From an uncultured Flavobacteriales bacterium (lineage in GTDB: Bacteria > Bacteroidota > Bacteroidia > Flavobacteriales_D > Crocinitomicaceae): 30,489 nt of DNA. A program made the position numbers and the translations under genes. The stretch spans positions 1 to 30,489 of the forward strand of contig CAJQOB010000239.1 of assembly GCA_905479845.1 (NCBI GenBank), read 5' to 3'. The notes below the pieces were generated by a model that saw nothing but the letters and a program-made list of their open reading frames with translations, was not told the origin of the DNA and made no database searches. Below, one piece after another: positions 27,601 through 30,489 of the stretch (position 1 is its first letter; every line of letters begins with the position of its first letter).

Positions 27601-27647
27601 GAAATTCGGCAGGAACTGAAATTATATTACACCTATCAATCGACTAA
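24633..27647 (+). CDS. LytS-type (His_kinase/HATPase) sensor kinase with a large Reg_prop beta-propeller ectodomain, Y_Y_Y domain and one TM
   Basis: Many xGL.xN.V...D..G..W.GT repeats. Y_Y_Y (YKWKLDGFDEKW...YSNLNAGTYTFMVKA). TM after PYWKTWWF. LRLQMNPHFIFNAFNSI, QPFVENAIKHG and DNGIG. Confidence 0.95.
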   Translation: MKQRLFLIFMVLLFTQFGHAQQYNFKNYSVKNGIAQSQVYSIIQDSRGYMWMGTYGGGINSFDGWNFNTLTQRDGLGSNYVYDIKEDSEKNIWIATKAGISKYNGQTFTNFSNGNRVRKIAFDAKGQLFLASDRGIAKFNNGNFINLLDGIELKDKNVRTLSVKDEDHIFFGTAKGFYQLIRKNGKYELINYGDKHPVMTNAIASITPDKNGNYWIGTFGDGAYRFNGKTFSRIDYHRELFTQTVHGITIDSKGLIWFSTLSGVIQYNPNNQQFSNLNQEHGLANNHVRTVCEDVNGNYWIGTSGGGVSHYLGRQFTTYTKSNGLGGNFIYSVFRDSNGSLWIGNSKNGVSVLSGSKWTNFNESNGFENIKVKSIGEANGRIILGTERDGIYTYDGESFEAIPEFKRMLIRSVITDKNGIAWIATGGDGIFSLSWTNNKPNIKHFDRNNGLPDNWITTLHCDKWNRIWYGTENTGIGQIAKGKPTLRIKEEDGLTSNTIRSFAEDQSGNLWIGTAGEGVCRIELYSKKRTVRTLNSKVELSSQNIYLLTIDDENNLIIGSEKGLDYLYLNENRVIKELIHFADEEGFAGVETCTNSVFKDKDGSIWFGTINGLNHYNGTQRIRNTQAPNVNLLDVKLYYESIRTNDDFETNESWNDWNSIDLAYNDNHITFEFLGINQIAPNKVRYKWKLDGFDEKWSPESEERSILYSNLNAGTYTFMVKACNEEGIWSEPVSFELTVAKPYWKTWWFLFACVGGGLLVAGAIFLLILRRSKRKGIEERRKLEMENQIMELERKALRLQMNPHFIFNAFNSIQSLVGTDKEDDARYYLAKFSRLMRSILDNSGKSLITLQEEIETLENYLMIEKFCNGNRFDYTVNFDQNLETSFISIPPMLIQPFVENAIKHGFKFDESESDKRGNLSVSFSEKDNVLSCSIRDNGIGRKRSGKLNEESKETYHTSAGLSVTKERLDVLKREKGIGELIINDLQDVEGNSAGTEIILHLSID

Positions 27648-27649
27648 AC

Positions 27650-28393
27650 ATGATCAAAGCACTTATTATTGACGACCTTGAGCAAGCAAGAACGACGCTC
27701 AAAAAAGATTTATCGATTTACGCAAAAGACATTGAGGTTATTGGTGAAGCCGAAGGTGTTGTCAGTGGCGCAAAATTGCTCCGAACTGTACAACCTGACA
27801 TCCTTTTCTTAGATATTCAAATGCAAGATGGAAGCGGGTTTGATTTACTCGACATCTTACCAGAAATCAATTTCAAGATCATTTTCATCACTGCTTCGGA
27901 TGCTCACGCAATCAAGGCTTTTCGGTATGCGGCGATTGATTATTTGGTTAAACCTGTTGATCCCGACGATTTAAAAGCAGCATTGCAACGCTTCCGAGAA
28001 AACTACTTGAACGAAGACGCGAAATATAAATTATTAAGTGACTCACTCAAGAACAGCGAACGCCCCACAAAACGATTGGCACTGCACGCTCAAGATAAAA
28101 TTAACATCGTGAACATTGACGAAATTGTTCGATGCGAAAGTCATATCAACTATACGACTTTCTTTTTCATTGATGGAGCTCGCATCGTCGTGACTCGAAC
28201 CTTAAAAGACTTCGATGACCTTCTGAGCGACCAAGGGTTTTACCGTGTTCATCAGTCGCATTTAGTCAACATGAAATACATCCGTGAATTCATCAAGGGA
28301 GACGGCGGTTACTTGTTAATGACAGATCAGTCTGAAGTACCTGTTTCCGTAAGGAAAAGATCGGTTGTTTTGGAGATGATTGGAGCGCTTTAG
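27650..28393 (+). CDS. LytTR-family response regulator
   Basis: Receiver domain (IIDD, LFLDIQM, FITA, DYLVKP) and LytTR domain (FYRVHQSHLVN, VPVSVRK). Starts 2 bp after the kinase stop. Confidence 0.95.
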   Translation: MIKALIIDDLEQARTTLKKDLSIYAKDIEVIGEAEGVVSGAKLLRTVQPDILFLDIQMQDGSGFDLLDILPEINFKIIFITASDAHAIKAFRYAAIDYLVKPVDPDDLKAALQRFRENYLNEDAKYKLLSDSLKNSERPTKRLALHAQDKINIVNIDEIVRCESHINYTTFFFIDGARIVVTRTLKDFDDLLSDQGFYRVHQSHLVNMKYIREFIKGDGGYLLMTDQSEVPVSVRKRSVVLEMIGAL

Positions 28394-28425
28394 GTTGGTT
28401 GGATAGTTGGAGGTACTTTGATTGA

Positions 28426-28480
28426 CTCAAAATCCAAGTGCAAAGCACTCCAAAAATCCAGATGCGCAGCCAAATCCAAT
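28426..28480. repeat. Degenerate tandem repeat with three AAATCCA cores
   Basis: AAATCCA at 28430, 28454 and 28472. Units ACTCAAAATCCAAGTGCAAAGC and ACTCCAAAAATCCAGATGCGCAGC. Confidence 0.5.
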
Positions 28481-30489
28481 TACTCCACGACCTCAACCCA
28501 CTTTCCAGGCAACGTAGCATTAATCAGATGATCATACATCGTCTCAACCTGAACAGCTGGATGATAAAACTTCCCGAGGTAAGCCGCATTCAATTGGATC
28601 GAAATCGTTTTTGATTCTCCAGAAGGTAAATCGAAGTAGGAATAAACACGATCATCGCGAATATCTTGGTAATCGATTTGGTTGTTTCGTCCTCCACCGT
28701 ATAATCTAGTGTTGTGAATCTCCCATCCGTTCGGGAACAAATGACTCAATGCAATCTCTGTCAAATCACCTTTCTTTCCTGGGTTTGTAACCGTAACATC
28801 GGCCTTGAAATCCATTCCTTGCTTCAATTTTGCAGGATCTAGAAGCCTTCCGTCCATGTCGCGATAGACCAGCATCAATTGCAGATTGTTCTGCTTTTTC
28901 GGTAAGTCATATTCCAATGGAATCCCCTCAGAAACGACCTTAACAAAGAGCTTAGTTTTCCCCGTATTTTTCAGCTTGATCGTTCCTTTCTTCTTGAAAT
29001 CTTTGTCCGTATACATCACGCGATGAATACTCGATGTCGCTTGAACCTTTTTCAATTTTTCCTTGTTCAAACCATAGGAATAATTCAATCCTCCGTCTGA
29101 GTCTAAAGTTCCGTAGTACGTCGAAATCCCTAACAAAGTATAAGCAGTTGTTTGCGTGCTATACCAATGATCTGAATTCATTTTTTGCGACAGCTCTGTG
29201 ACCAATTTCTTCGAACGAGTTTCATCCTTCATCAGAGAAAGCGACTCTAAAATCATACTTCGATCTCGCACCCCAGATCCATAGGAATAGCGATACGAAT
29301 CTTCTCCCCCGTCTGTGATCGGCAAGTGTTTCGTCATGTTTCGTGCCACTTCCTTTTGTCCAACTAAATAGTAAGCAGTTGCGAGTCTCCATTTTGCGGC
29401 ATTGTTCAAACCTCCACGCTCCCGCATTTGGTTCATGGCGCTCAATTCTGCATTTCCACTCAAGGCAAGCGTGTACAAACGATACGCTTGCGTTACTTCA
29501 TTGTAATCGGTGAGAACAACATCATTTGCAGCATTCTTCTGATGATAAACCCACGCCGACTTCATTTGAGCAGGAACTGTATATCCAAGTTTTTCAGCAG
29601 TGATCAAAAAGTGTCCAGCGTAGTTCGTCCCCCAAGCATCGGAATCGTAGTTGCCCGGCCAATAAGCAAAACCACCATCGGAAGTTTGGAACGAAGCGAT
29701 ACGCTGAATTCCATTTTTAACATTTGAGGTAATTCTGTCTTTATCTTTTTTATCAAGTTCGATTATCTGATTCAAAAACAACTGAGGAAAAACCGATGAA
29801 GTTGTTTGTTCAATGCAGCCGTGAGGATACTGAATCAAATAATCGAGGCGTTTATTAAGTCCGATTGGTATAATCTGAGAAACTTCAAATGTCGCTCGAT
29901 TTGATCCCTGCAAACCAGTAAATGAGATCGGAAATGACTTCTCCTCTCCCGGTTCCAAAGAATATTCGTCACCTTCGTAAATAATTGGATTGGGGGCTCG
30001 AACATCGACTTCAATTTCATGATAAGATACTTCATTCCCCGATCGGGCTGTAACTTTGAATTTCCCTATTCCTAGTTTCTTTGCGACCTTAATTGGAACA
30101 TTGACAACTTGATCTCCCGCCTTATTGAATTGAACGCTGTACTGCTTCTTTTTAAGCAGTAGAAAATCGTTGGTTGTCACTTCAACATTTACTTCTTTCA
30201 CATGATCTTCCATTGCGAATATGGTAATTGGGACACTTAACTCCTCCGTTGGACCGATCAATCTGGGTAAGGTCGCCAGCACCATTACAGGTTGTTTGAC
30301 TGTTACCGTTTTTTGGGCTTTTCCGTAAGCTCCCTTGTTTTGAGCAACCACCATAACGCGGACAGATCCAACGTAATTCGGAATATCAACAGAATGTTTC
30401 GCGCGTCCTCCAGCTTCAAGAGTAAACGGCCCGATAAATCTTACCATGGGCTTGAATCGATTCGCTTTTGGAGTCTCCGAAATCTCATT
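28480..30489 (-). CDS. Bacterial alpha-2-macroglobulin, C-terminal part (5' end outside window)
   Basis: Frame is open to the window edge. PNYVGSVRVMVVA, thioester motif YPHGCIEQTTS, FQTSDGGFAYWPG, YQDIRDDRVYSYFDL and PAVQVETMYD. Confidence 0.96.
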   Translation of the reverse strand, partial: NEISETPKANRFKPMVRFIGPFTLEAGGRAKHSVDIPNYVGSVRVMVVAQNKGAYGKAQKTVTVKQPVMVLATLPRLIGPTEELSVPITIFAMEDHVKEVNVEVTTNDFLLLKKKQYSVQFNKAGDQVVNVPIKVAKKLGIGKFKVTARSGNEVSYHEIEVDVRAPNPIIYEGDEYSLEPGEEKSFPISFTGLQGSNRATFEVSQIIPIGLNKRLDYLIQYPHGCIEQTTSSVFPQLFLNQIIELDKKDKDRITSNVKNGIQRIASFQTSDGGFAYWPGNYDSDAWGTNYAGHFLITAEKLGYTVPAQMKSAWVYHQKNAANDVVLTDYNEVTQAYRLYTLALSGNAELSAMNQMRERGGLNNAAKWRLATAYYLVGQKEVARNMTKHLPITDGGEDSYRYSYGSGVRDRSMILESLSLMKDETRSKKLVTELSQKMNSDHWYSTQTTAYTLLGISTYYGTLDSDGGLNYSYGLNKEKLKKVQATSSIHRVMYTDKDFKKKGTIKLKNTGKTKLFVKVVSEGIPLEYDLPKKQNNLQLMLVYRDMDGRLLDPAKLKQGMDFKADVTVTNPGKKGDLTEIALSHLFPNGWEIHNTRLYGGGRNNQIDYQDIRDDRVYSYFDLPSGESKTISIQLNAAYLGKFYHPAVQVETMYDHLINATLPGKWVEVVE

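Noticed and set aside
28293-28520. 75-aa Trp-rich minus-strand ORF as a real gene
   Set aside because: It overlaps the A2M 3' end in another frame and the LytTR gene antisense. Its Trp/Ile pattern comes from the TGGATTT repeats.
1052-29727. The remaining 60-110 aa ORFs nested in or antisense to long genes
   Set aside because: All overlap well-supported CDSs and show no family motifs, so they are treated as shadow ORFs.

Overview
A Bacteroidota chromosomal window, probably Flavobacteriales (inferred from TAnnTTTG promoter elements, the bat operon, Reg_prop/Y_Y_Y sensors and a cyclophilin-FKBP fusion). Gene order: partial purK; a beta-propeller/multi-TM/PAS/PP2C sensor phosphatase coupled to queD; a hypothetical membrane protein; a MepA-like lipoprotein; a WG-repeat gene broken by one in-frame TAA; a probable outer-membrane barrel; a Zn-ribbon protein divergent from a complete moxR-DUF58-orf-batABCDE operon; a yefM-yoeB module with a TGTACA-type operator and a structured Flavo-1-like element upstream; a secreted cyclophilin-FKBP with a His-rich tail; nadK, a CBS-domain gene and pdxJ; a lipoprotein; and pbpC plus a partial alpha-2-macroglobulin gene. 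The last two are normally adjacent but here are split by an inverted beta-propeller LytS/LytTR two-component system. I found no CRISPR array, rRNA, tRNA or transposase. Most genes belong to known families. The best leads are the split A2M-pbpC locus, the shortened ectodomain of the PP2C sensor, the structured element beside the TA module and the PPIase architecture. All family calls come from motif recognition, not database searches.
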